NCBI GenBank assembly: GCA_001794905.1
Contig: MGLW01000066.1
Location: 3,305-14,971 of the forward strand
Length of the DNA stretch: 11,667 bases
Source: Chlamydiae bacterium RIFCSPHIGHO2_12_FULL_49_11
GTDB taxonomy: Bacteria > Chlamydiota > Chlamydiia > Chlamydiales > 2-12-FULL-49-11
Reading direction: 5' to 3'
Positions within the stretch are counted from its first letter, which is position 1, and each line of letters opens with the position of its first letter. A program made the translations under genes and the position numbers. Of this stretch, positions 1 through 8,558 are shown piece by piece. The notes beneath the pieces are model-generated. The model worked only from the letters and a program-made list of their open reading frames with translations. It ran no database searches and was not told the DNA's origin.

Positions 1-17
1 ATGGGAAAGACCACTAG
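1..17 (+). repeat. 17-bp direct repeat, copy 1 (ATGGGAAAGACCACTAG); may extend beyond the window
   Basis: Exact match to 6566..6582. Confidence 0.9.
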
Positions 18-1280
18 CGGTGAATTTTGCACCGGACGATACCGGTCAAAGACGTTTTCCTGAGGAATCACTTCGGGGAGTTTTACACCGGACATTCTTT
101 TTTCTGCGGAAACATCGGGACGCATATCAAACTCGGGGAGGCATTCCCGATGATCATCTTGCAAAAAATCCAAACATTGCCGGATCACGGTTTCGATGTG
201 GCCCGCGGAAAAATAGGCAAAATGCTGCAACCGCCAAGTTTTTTCCGAATTTCTAATAACCTGATCGAAGAACTTCCCGAGGCGGTCAAATACTATCTTC
301 TCTTTTTTCTCTCGCGCATTTCGGCTAAATTGTTGAAATACTTCTCTGACGATACCGGCATTGAAAACTTGTTTCTCTTGGTCGTATCCGAAAAAGGAGA
401 GGAGGCCCCAAATATCGCACTCCGGTAAAATAGTGCACCGTTGCCTGTTTTGTTCTACGAGGACATGGCTCCGGGCCGGAGAAAAGAACGGATATTCATA
501 CTTTCGGGTTGCAACTCTTCGGGAGGGGTAGGAAGGACAATGGATTTTCTTGGATAAATCCCAATCTATGAAATAATATTTCGCTCTCTTCGTTATCGGA
601 TTACGTAAAATGACAACATTACTCACTTTCACATCTCCGTGAATGCGTCCCAATTTTTCATGCGCCGCGCGCAAAATACCCAAAAGAAAGCATAAAATGG
701 ACAATTTGTCGACAAGGGGAGTATCACTTCTCTGGAAACCTCCCCCGACACATTCGCCCCCATAGGATTCGACATAAACACCGATCCCTTCGGTAAACTT
801 CAAAAACGGTTTTTCACTTGTCACAACAGGAGTAAAAATATAAGGCACTCCCGTCGGCATTATTTCATACATGGCCTTCTGAGTTGCATAACCCCGTAAA
901 ACCGACCGGCCATTCCTGACATCCACAAGATCGCATATTTTTACGGCAACTCCTTTCCATTTTTCGGCATCGTAAAGGGTTCGATGAAATCCCAAATACA
1001 CTTCTTTATATGTCCCTACTCCGAGCCTGCTCGCGCTGATCAGAGTAAGCTCCGCCCCTCTGCCGTTTTGCGTTATCATAAACGGAATAAACGACGTCAC
1101 CTCTCTACCGAGAAACCTTTCATAATCTTCTTTAGTAAAACAGAGAACCGGTCCCGTCATAAACCGAAAAGTGGGCTCCTCCAGTCCGGTTATAACATCC
1201 CATAAATTCTTCTTGGCTTCCGGAGACAAGGTCAACACCTCTCCGGTTTCCAGCTCATTCCTTGTTATGCAAATACTCAT
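1..1280 (-). CDS. Hanks-type (eukaryote-like) Ser/Thr protein kinase-like protein, 3'-truncated by the window edge (at least 426 aa)
   Basis: Manual minus-strand translation from ATG at 1280 (MSICITRNELETGEVLTLSPEAKKNLW...) is open to position 1 with no stop. Kinase motifs occur in the correct order: Gly-rich loop LGVGTYKEVY (aa 86-95), VAVK (K114), catalytic loop IHGDVKVSN (D216, K218, N221), DWD at the DFG position (D239) and subdomain IX CDIWGL (D289). Absent from the ORF track, presumably because it has no stop codon inside the window. Confidence 0.9.
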   Translation of the reverse strand, partial: MSICITRNELETGEVLTLSPEAKKNLWDVITGLEEPTFRFMTGPVLCFTKEDYERFLGREVTSFIPFMITQNGRGAELTLISASRLGVGTYKEVYLGFHRTLYDAEKWKGVAVKICDLVDVRNGRSVLRGYATQKAMYEIMPTGVPYIFTPVVTSEKPFLKFTEGIGVYVESYGGECVGGGFQRSDTPLVDKLSILCFLLGILRAAHEKLGRIHGDVKVSNVVILRNPITKRAKYYFIDWDLSKKIHCPSYPSRRVATRKYEYPFFSPARSHVLVEQNRQRCTILPECDIWGLLSFFGYDQEKQVFNAGIVREVFQQFSRNAREKKEKIVFDRLGKFFDQVIRNSEKTWRLQHFAYFSAGHIETVIRQCLDFLQDDHRECLPEFDMRPDVSAEKRMSGVKLPEVIPQENVFDRYRPVQNSPLVVFP

Positions 1281-1362
1281 AGGAGAAGTATGATGCACGA
1301 ACCGAATAATTTAATAAAGCTAAAATGAGCCCCCTGATAATCAGTGTGTTATAATAATTATG

Positions 1363-1392
1363 TTGCAATTAAAATTTCTATTTTGTTATAAT
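1363..1392 (+). promoter_or_regulatory. Putative sigma70/sigma66-type promoter for the 272-aa ORF
   Basis: TTGCAA (1363-1368), an 18-nt spacer, then TATAAT (1387-1392) with an extended -10 TG. A second TGTTATAAT lies at 1347-1355. RBS-like GGAGAGG at 1400-1406 precedes ATG 1416. Confidence 0.6.
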
Positions 1393-1415
1393 TAAGCTCG
1401 GAGAGGTTTACGCAT

Positions 1416-2234
1416 ATGAATAGAGCACTGCATTTAGAGCTGTTAGAAACAATCCATGAGCATTTTACTCATGATTCTCCTGTTTCCGACTTGCAATCTT
1501 CTCTTATTGAGCAGGTTGGGAATCTACAAGCCCGTTTTCTCGGTTCCTTTACAGAGACCTTGGAATATGGCAAGCGCATTTTCCGTGAAAAAATCTCTCC
1601 GCCCTCTTCCCACGGCCCCAAAAGGGTAAAAAACAGGGTCGAACAATGCTTTAACCAGGTTTTGCGGTATGCCCACCTGAAGTCGCAATTCGATAGCCTT
1701 CTTGATCCGTTCCTTTTCGGAAATGCCAAAACGACCGAGATCGATAAAACCGTCCATGTCACGAGAACCTATCCCGTCGTAACTCAAATTGAACTCGCCC
1801 GCTTGATTTCCCTCTTCGAAGAGCTTCCCCTCCCCTTGCATAGCGGTGTGGCAGGGGACATTTTGAAACGGATTCAAAATCGCCTGCCCGAGGTCTCTTC
1901 CGAAGGGTCCTATTCCCTTACCGTTCTTGCGGAGCAGCTGGACATCATCCTAAACCTGGCAAAACGAAAACTCAGGTACAGCAGCATCACATCGGTGACT
2001 GAATGTTTGACCGGCGCTTTAGAACGCGGTTTTTGTTTTTCTTCCCTTCTTTACATGGTAAAATCGATTCCCGACGACGATCTTGAATTGAAACTCCACC
2101 GGATTTCCCTGTACAAGTTTCACCTGGAAAAGGCTCACATGCAGGTCTCTTCCCGGAAAAAAACTTCTGCCCTTTCAGAATCTTGGCTTCTTCTCATGCA
2201 AAAGCAGCTCATGCTTCTCCGAGATACTATTTAA
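1416..2234 (+). CDS. Hypothetical protein, 272 aa, Leu/Ser-rich and probably helical
   Basis: Long ORF with a good RBS and upstream promoter that fills the space between the kinase and nrdA. No motif recognised. Confidence 0.8.
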   Translation: MNRALHLELLETIHEHFTHDSPVSDLQSSLIEQVGNLQARFLGSFTETLEYGKRIFREKISPPSSHGPKRVKNRVEQCFNQVLRYAHLKSQFDSLLDPFLFGNAKTTEIDKTVHVTRTYPVVTQIELARLISLFEELPLPLHSGVAGDILKRIQNRLPEVSSEGSYSLTVLAEQLDIILNLAKRKLRYSSITSVTECLTGALERGFCFSSLLYMVKSIPDDDLELKLHRISLYKFHLEKAHMQVSSRKKTSALSESWLLLMQKQLMLLRDTI

Positions 2235-2256
2235 CTTTTTTTCTAGACAAAATCTC

Positions 2257-2285
2257 TTGCCATACAATATATAGTGTTATATAGT
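2257..2285 (+). promoter_or_regulatory. Putative sigma70/sigma66-type promoter of nrdAB
   Basis: TTGCCA (2257-2262), a 17-nt spacer, then TATAGT (2280-2285), upstream of the nrdA ATG at 2334. Confidence 0.7.
2262..2277. promoter_or_regulatory. NrdR box 1
   Basis: ATACAATATATAGTGT closely fits the NrdR-box consensus acaCwAtATaTwGtgt and lies in the promoter spacer. Confidence 0.88.
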
Positions 2286-2293
2286 ACCATCCA

Positions 2294-2309
2294 ATACAAT
2301 ATATGGTAT
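2294..2309. promoter_or_regulatory. NrdR box 2
   Basis: ATACAATATATGGTAT starts 32 bp after box 1, the typical tandem spacing of NrdR boxes upstream of RNR operons. Confidence 0.85.
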
Positions 2310-2333
2310 ATCACACAAGGGGTTTGATCAGAT

Positions 2334-5300
2334 ATGGCAAGGGATTCAGAAGCCACTTTACTCAATAAACCGGAAAAAATGAAGCCGGAGTATGAAAAAC
2401 TCGACACTTCCCAACTAGCGGTCGTCAAACGGGATGGGAATATCGTCCCATTTCATCGGGAGCGCATTTTTAATGCGATGGAAGCGGCCTTCCGAGACAC
2501 AAAAAAAATCCCAAAAGAAGAAAAACTGCCCGAAGCGCTTTATCATGCGATCGACCGAATGACGGGCCTTGTCGTCAAGCACGCCCTGGAATTGGGAAAA
2601 AAAGGGGTAGCCCTGACAGTGGAAGGGATTCAAGATCTTGTCGAAATGACCTTGATGAAAAACGGCTATCATGATGTGGCCCGTGGATACATCATCTATC
2701 GCGATGCGCGAAAAGAAAGTCGCAAGACAAAAAACAAATCTCTCTTTGTGATCCGCAATCGGGACATGCAGAAACTCCGGTTCAACCCGATCAAAATCAC
2801 CTCTTCCCTTGAGAAAACGTTCCGGAAATCCCATGCCATCGAAGACACCCTGATCGATACGGTACTGATTGCGAGCATCAATACCCTGACCGAAACGATT
2901 GTCAGGCGAGCTCTGAGCCGCGAGGAAGATACGATCGAGGTCGACATACTGCAGGATATCATCGAAGAAGAACTCATGCTGGCAGGCTATTTTAAAGAAG
3001 CAAAATTGTATATTATACAGCGGGCTGAACAGGAACTGGGGACTCTTCTTTCCAAACCGGAGAAAAAAGCGGAGGAGAAAGCGTTTACCATTGCGACCGA
3101 CGGCGCCCATACTTTCACCGTTACCCGTGCCGAGATAAAGAAACGGCTTAAATTCATGATCAAGGGGCATGAGAATGAGGTAAGCCTCGACGAGCTTGTA
3201 GAACTTGCAATGCTGAATTTCTATGAAGGAATTCATGAGAGCGAAGTCGATACTGCCCTTGTCATGGCAGCGCGTTCCCTTGTTGAGAAGGAACCGGCTT
3301 ATTCTTTCGTCACGGCAAAAATCCTACTCGACAAATTATATAAAGAAGCCACCGGTTTCAGTATCATGGATAGCCGCATCGAAGAATTGCACCAAACCTA
3401 TTTTGTCAAAGCGATCAAACTGGGTGTCTCGGAAGAGCGTTACAGTTCCCGTTTATTAGAATTCGATCTCAGCTTTCTGGCCGGCACAATGGAGATCGGA
3501 CGTGATGCACTATTCCAGTATTTAGGATTGCAAACCTTGTACGACCGCTATTTCGTCCACGTGCGCGAAAGGCGTATCGAAACTCCCCAGATTTTCTGGA
3601 TGCGCGTTGCCATGGGCCTTGCCTTGAATGAGGAAGATAAAAATGAAAAAGCGGTCGAGTTTTACAATCTCCTTTCCGAATTTTACTACACTTCGGCGAC
3701 GCCGACTCTGTTCAATTCAGGCACAATGCATGCGCAGCTTAGTTCCTGCTATCTTTCCACTGTAGACGACGATCTGTCCCATATTTTCAAAGTCATTTCG
3801 GACGACGCCCAACTTTCCAAATGGGCGGGCGGGCTCGGCAACGACTGGACGAGCGTGCGCGCTACCGGATCGGTCATCAAGGGAACCAACGGCCGCTCGC
3901 AAGGAGTGATCCCCTTCCTAAAAGTGGCAAACGACACGGCCGTTGCCGTCAACCAGGGGGGTAAACGCAAAGGAGCGCTCTGTTCCTACCTTGAAACGTG
4001 GCATCTCGACATCGAAGATTTTCTGGAACTCCGCAAAAACACGGGAGACGAGCGGCGCCGCACGCACGACATGAACACGGCCAACTGGATTTGCGACCTC
4101 TTCATGCAGCGGGTGCAGAGTAATGGTACATGGACTCTCTTCTCCCCTTCCGACACGCCTGATTTGCATGATCTCTACGGCAAAGCCTTCAAAAAGCGGT
4201 ATGAGGAATATGAAGCATTAGCGGCCGATGGCCGCCTCAAGCTGCACAAAAAAATCCAGGCAGTCGATTTGTGGCGCAAGATGCTGAGCATGCTTTTTGA
4301 GACGGGCCATCCGTGGATTACATTCAAAGACCCTTCCAACATCCGCTCGCCGCAGAGCCACAAAGGGGTTGTACACAGCTCCAATCTATGCACAGAAATT
4401 TTGCTCAATACGTCAAAAGAAGAAGTGGCCGTCTGCAACCTCGGCTCAGTCAACCTGACGCGGCATGTAAAAAACGGCAAGATTGATGAGAAACGCTTAG
4501 AAACCACGGTAACGACGGCGATCCGCATGCTCGACAATGTGATCGACATCAATTTTTATCCGATTGAGGAAGCAAAGACTGCTAACCTCCGCCACCGTGC
4601 CATCGGGCTGGGAATCATGGGCTTTCAGGACATTCTCTATTCTGCAGGCATTAGCTATGCCGGTTTTGAAGCGGCCGACCTTGCCGACGAAATCATGGAA
4701 AGCGTTTCGTATTATGCCATCCTTGCTTCCAGCAAGTTGGCAAAAGAGCGAGGCACCTATTCTTCATACGAAGGGTCGAAATGGAGCCGCGACATTTTGC
4801 CGATCGATTCGATTGATCTTCTTGAAGAAGAGCGGGGCGAGAGGGTCGAGATGGATCGCACAAGGCGCAAAGACTGGACACCGGTGCAAGAGCACATCAG
4901 GCAATACGGCATGCGCAATTGCAATACGATGGCGATAGCTCCAACGGCAACGATTGCCAACATTATCGGCGTCACCGCCTCGATCGAACCCACGTACAAA
5001 AACCTGTTCGTCAAGTCAAACCTCTCGGGAGAGTTTACCGTTCTAAACACCTACCTTGTAGAAAAGCTAAAAAGCTTGAACTTATGGGACTCGGAAATGC
5101 TGGAAGATCTCAAATATTTTGACGGGTCGGTCTTAGAGATTGAGCGTATCCCGCAAGAAGTGAAGAAGATGTTTGTGACGGCGTTTGAAATGGACAGCGA
5201 CTGGCTGATCGAGTGCGGATCACGCCGGCAAAAGTGGATTGACATGGGCTTATCTCTGAATTTATACCTTTCTGAGGCTTCGGGCAAGAAGATGCACGAG

Positions 5301-5513
5301 ATGTATTTCAATGCGTGGAAGAAGGGTCTCAAGACCACCTATTATTTACGTACCCAGGCGGCGACACAGATTGAAAAATCAACCGTCGACATCAACAAAA
5401 AGGGTCTGCAGCCACGCTGGATGAAATCCGAGTCTGCCTCAAGCCGCATCAAAGTGGAACGGGGCATTGCAGCAGCCTGTCCGATTGACGGAAGTTGTGA
5501 AAGTTGCCAATAA
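2334..5513 (+). CDS. nrdA: Class I ribonucleoside-diphosphate reductase alpha subunit with three N-terminal ATP-cone-like repeats
   Basis: ATP-cone VVKRDG, ATPTLFN, LSSCYL, SNLCTE (thiyl-radical Cys), VCNLGS, IAPTAT, GLKTTYY (radical-transfer tyrosines) and a C-terminal CPIDGSCESCQ redox-Cys tail. An alternative start at ATG 2379 is possible. Confidence 0.98.
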   Translation: MARDSEATLLNKPEKMKPEYEKLDTSQLAVVKRDGNIVPFHRERIFNAMEAAFRDTKKIPKEEKLPEALYHAIDRMTGLVVKHALELGKKGVALTVEGIQDLVEMTLMKNGYHDVARGYIIYRDARKESRKTKNKSLFVIRNRDMQKLRFNPIKITSSLEKTFRKSHAIEDTLIDTVLIASINTLTETIVRRALSREEDTIEVDILQDIIEEELMLAGYFKEAKLYIIQRAEQELGTLLSKPEKKAEEKAFTIATDGAHTFTVTRAEIKKRLKFMIKGHENEVSLDELVELAMLNFYEGIHESEVDTALVMAARSLVEKEPAYSFVTAKILLDKLYKEATGFSIMDSRIEELHQTYFVKAIKLGVSEERYSSRLLEFDLSFLAGTMEIGRDALFQYLGLQTLYDRYFVHVRERRIETPQIFWMRVAMGLALNEEDKNEKAVEFYNLLSEFYYTSATPTLFNSGTMHAQLSSCYLSTVDDDLSHIFKVISDDAQLSKWAGGLGNDWTSVRATGSVIKGTNGRSQGVIPFLKVANDTAVAVNQGGKRKGALCSYLETWHLDIEDFLELRKNTGDERRRTHDMNTANWICDLFMQRVQSNGTWTLFSPSDTPDLHDLYGKAFKKRYEEYEALAADGRLKLHKKIQAVDLWRKMLSMLFETGHPWITFKDPSNIRSPQSHKGVVHSSNLCTEILLNTSKEEVAVCNLGSVNLTRHVKNGKIDEKRLETTVTTAIRMLDNVIDINFYPIEEAKTANLRHRAIGLGIMGFQDILYSAGISYAGFEAADLADEIMESVSYYAILASSKLAKERGTYSSYEGSKWSRDILPIDSIDLLEEERGERVEMDRTRRKDWTPVQEHIRQYGMRNCNTMAIAPTATIANIIGVTASIEPTYKNLFVKSNLSGEFTVLNTYLVEKLKSLNLWDSEMLEDLKYFDGSVLEIERIPQEVKKMFVTAFEMDSDWLIECGSRRQKWIDMGLSLNLYLSEASGKKMHEMYFNAWKKGLKTTYYLRTQAATQIEKSTVDINKKGLQPRWMKSESASSRIKVERGIAAACPIDGSCESCQ

Positions 5514-5531
5514 TTTAAATAAGGACATGAT

Positions 5532-6565
<1,034 letters not shown>

Positions 6566-6566
<1 letters not shown>

Positions 6567-6582
6567 TGGGAAAGACCACTAG
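6566..6582 (+). repeat. 17-bp direct repeat, copy 2, starting at the last base of the nrdB stop codon
   Basis: Exact match to 1..17. Confidence 0.9.
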
Positions 6583-6702
6583 AGGGTGTCAGAATTTTTT
6601 TGCGGATAGGATAATTTTAGATTGTTTATTTTAAGGTGGTTGCGGTAGAGCGCAAGAACTCTCTTTCTTTTAAATCAGGGAAAATTATAATGGAAGTTAA
6701 TT

Positions 6703-8349
6703 ATGAGAAAGAAGCGGATCGTGATTTTGGGAGGGGGGTTCGGCGGGGTTTTTGCAGGAAAAAAGCTTGAGAAACTGATTCGCCATGAGCGGGATAAGTA
6801 CGAAATTATCTTGATCAGCAAATCGAACTATTTTACCTATCAACCCATGCTGGCCGAAATCGTGGGGGGCTCTGTCGGCATCCTCGACTCCATCAACTCC
6901 CTCAGGAGCCTGCTCCCCAATACGAGCATTTATGTGCGCGAAATTACCGAAATCAATATCGCAAACCAAACGATCACCCTCTCCCCCAACTTCAGCCATA
7001 CCGACTTTGTCGTAGCGTACGACTACCTCTTGATCGCACTCGGAAACGTGGCCGATTTTCAAAGCTCCCCTTCGGGTATCGCAGAGCACAGCATTCCGTT
7101 CAAAACTCTGAAAGATACCATCACTCTCAGAAACCACCTCATCGATGTGCTCGAAACGGCTGCGTCCGAAACAAGAAAAGAGGTGCGGAAAAAGCTGCTC
7201 ACGTTCGTTGTGGTCGGCGGCGGATTCTCCGGCGTCGAAATTGCCGCGGAGATGAACGACCTCATCCGCCGCAAGGTGAAAAAAAATTATAAATCAATTC
7301 ATCCCAATGAAGTAAAAATCATATTGGTGCATAACAAAAAGAGACTCGTGCACAAAGAATTGGGCAAATCCCTGGGAGAATATTGCGGGAAAATTCTGAA
7401 AAAGAAAGGGGTCAAATTGCTGCTCGAAAGGAAATTGCAAAGCGCAACTCCCCATGAGGCGATTTTAAACGATCAAACAAAAATCTACACCAGTACGATC
7501 ATCACCACTTCTCCTCAGAAAGTCAATCCGCTCATCGAAACATTGCCTCTCGAATTGAAGGAAGGCCGCGTTCTGGTCGACCATACACTGCGGGCCGTCG
7601 GTCACGGGAATATTTTCGCCGTCGGCGACTGCGCCTATGTCCCGATGCAAAGTAATATGGGATTTGCTCCGCAAACAGCCCAGTTTGCCGTGCAGGAAGG
7701 AAAATGTGCAGCAAAAAATATCATCGCCCACACACAAAAAAAACCGCTCAAAACATTTCACCGGCGCAATTGGGGCATGCTCGCCGGTTTAGGACACCAC
7801 CATGCGGTAGCAGAACTGGCCGGCGGATTCCGTTTTTCGGGCTTTTTCGCATGGCTCCTCTGGCGCTTTACCTACCTCTTCAAACTTCCCGGATTTCGGC
7901 GTAAAGTGAAAGTGATGCTTTCATGGATATTGGAAGGGCTCGCCCCTCAAGATCTGGTGCAGCTCAACACGATCGTGCATGAAGGAATACGCCATCTCCA
8001 TTATGAAAAAGGGGAAACGGTATTTGAACAGGGGGATATCGGCGATTACCTGTACGTCATAAGCCAAGGACAGGTCGAAGTGATTGTACACCATGACGGT
8101 TATGATGAACATATCGCCACTCTCGGCAAGGGAGAATATTTCGGCGAGATGGCCATTCTCAATCAAAAAAAACGCAATGCCACGATCCGATGCCTCTCAG
8201 CCTGCGACTTCATCGCAATTCTCAAAGAAGACTTCGAAATTTTAACGACCAACTTCTCCGGCCTCAAAGAAGAATTCCTAAAAACTCAAGAAAACCGGAA
8301 ATCTTCCTCCTCTGAGGAGTGGAAAAGAGAAGACAGGGAAGCGATGTGA
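6703..8349 (+). CDS. Type II NAD(P)H:quinone oxidoreductase (NDH-2 family) fused to a C-terminal cyclic-nucleotide-binding domain
   Basis: FAD-binding IVILGGGFGG, second Rossmann motif VVVGGGFSGVE, FAVGD, PQTAQFAVQEG quinone-site motif and amphipathic FSGFFAWLLWRFTYL. These are followed by the cNMP domain YEKGETVFEQGDIGDYLYVISQGQVEV...GEYFGEMAIL...RNATIRC (about 7990-8260). Confidence 0.92.
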   Translation: MRKKRIVILGGGFGGVFAGKKLEKLIRHERDKYEIILISKSNYFTYQPMLAEIVGGSVGILDSINSLRSLLPNTSIYVREITEINIANQTITLSPNFSHTDFVVAYDYLLIALGNVADFQSSPSGIAEHSIPFKTLKDTITLRNHLIDVLETAASETRKEVRKKLLTFVVVGGGFSGVEIAAEMNDLIRRKVKKNYKSIHPNEVKIILVHNKKRLVHKELGKSLGEYCGKILKKKGVKLLLERKLQSATPHEAILNDQTKIYTSTIITTSPQKVNPLIETLPLELKEGRVLVDHTLRAVGHGNIFAVGDCAYVPMQSNMGFAPQTAQFAVQEGKCAAKNIIAHTQKKPLKTFHRRNWGMLAGLGHHHAVAELAGGFRFSGFFAWLLWRFTYLFKLPGFRRKVKVMLSWILEGLAPQDLVQLNTIVHEGIRHLHYEKGETVFEQGDIGDYLYVISQGQVEVIVHHDGYDEHIATLGKGEYFGEMAILNQKKRNATIRCLSACDFIAILKEDFEILTTNFSGLKEEFLKTQENRKSSSSEEWKREDREAM

Positions 8350-8350
8350 T

Positions 8351-8424
8351 CGCGAGAGACGGGACTCGAACCCGCAACTTCCAGCGTGACAGGCTGGTGC
8401 TCTAACCAATTGAACTACTCCCGC
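8351..8424 (-). tRNA. tRNA-Asp (GTC)
   Basis: The reverse complement GCGGGAGTAGTTCAATTGGTTAGAGCACCAGCCTGTCACGCTGGAAGTTGCGGGTTCGAGTCCCGTCTCTCGCG folds as a cloverleaf with anticodon GTC and discriminator G. CCA is not encoded. Confidence 0.97.
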
Positions 8425-8441
8425 ATGAACGGTAACTTTTT

Positions 8442-8513
8442 TGGGCGCAAGAGGATTCGAACCTCTGACCACCTGTGTGTAAGACAGGAGCTCTGCCGCT
8501 GAGCTATACGCCC
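8442..8513 (-). tRNA. tRNA-Val (TAC)
   Basis: The reverse complement GGGCGTATAGCTCAGCGGCAGAGCTCCTGTCTTACACACAGGTGGTCAGAGGTTCGAATCCTCTTGCGCCCA folds as a cloverleaf with anticodon TAC and discriminator A. CCA is not encoded. Confidence 0.97.
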
Positions 8514-8528
8514 AAAATTTGTAAAAGC

Positions 8529-8558
8529 ATTTTAGACTTTGTGATACATTATGCACAA
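8529..8558 (-). promoter_or_regulatory. Putative promoter of the tRNA-Val/tRNA-Asp pair
   Basis: Minus-strand TTGTGC (8558-8553), an 18-nt spacer, then TAAAAT (8534-8529), ending 15 nt upstream of tRNA-Val. Confidence 0.5.

Noticed and set aside
20..1205. Plus-strand ORFs 20..256, 27..428 and 984..1205
   Set aside because: They are antisense shadows of the minus-strand kinase gene and show no motifs.
2243..2428. 61-aa minus-strand ORF across the nrdA promoter
   Set aside because: It overlaps the NrdR boxes and the nrdA start and has no coding evidence.
2415..3236. 273-aa minus-strand ORF and other short ORFs nested in nrdA, nrdB, the NDH-2 gene, surE and putP
   Set aside because: They are fully overlapped by well-supported genes and have no recognisable features, as expected for antisense or off-frame shadows.
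6686..6691. TATAAT upstream of the NDH-2 gene
   Set aside because: There is no convincing -35 or extended -10 and it lies only 11 nt before the ATG, so it is not called as a promoter.
8351..8513. tRNA-anchored genomic island or prophage
   Set aside because: No integrase, phage gene or duplicated tRNA 3' end was seen in the window.
8278..8556. 92-aa minus-strand ORF, and the 8475 start of the lipoprotein ORF
   Set aside because: Both run through the tRNA-Val/tRNA-Asp genes and are translation artefacts.
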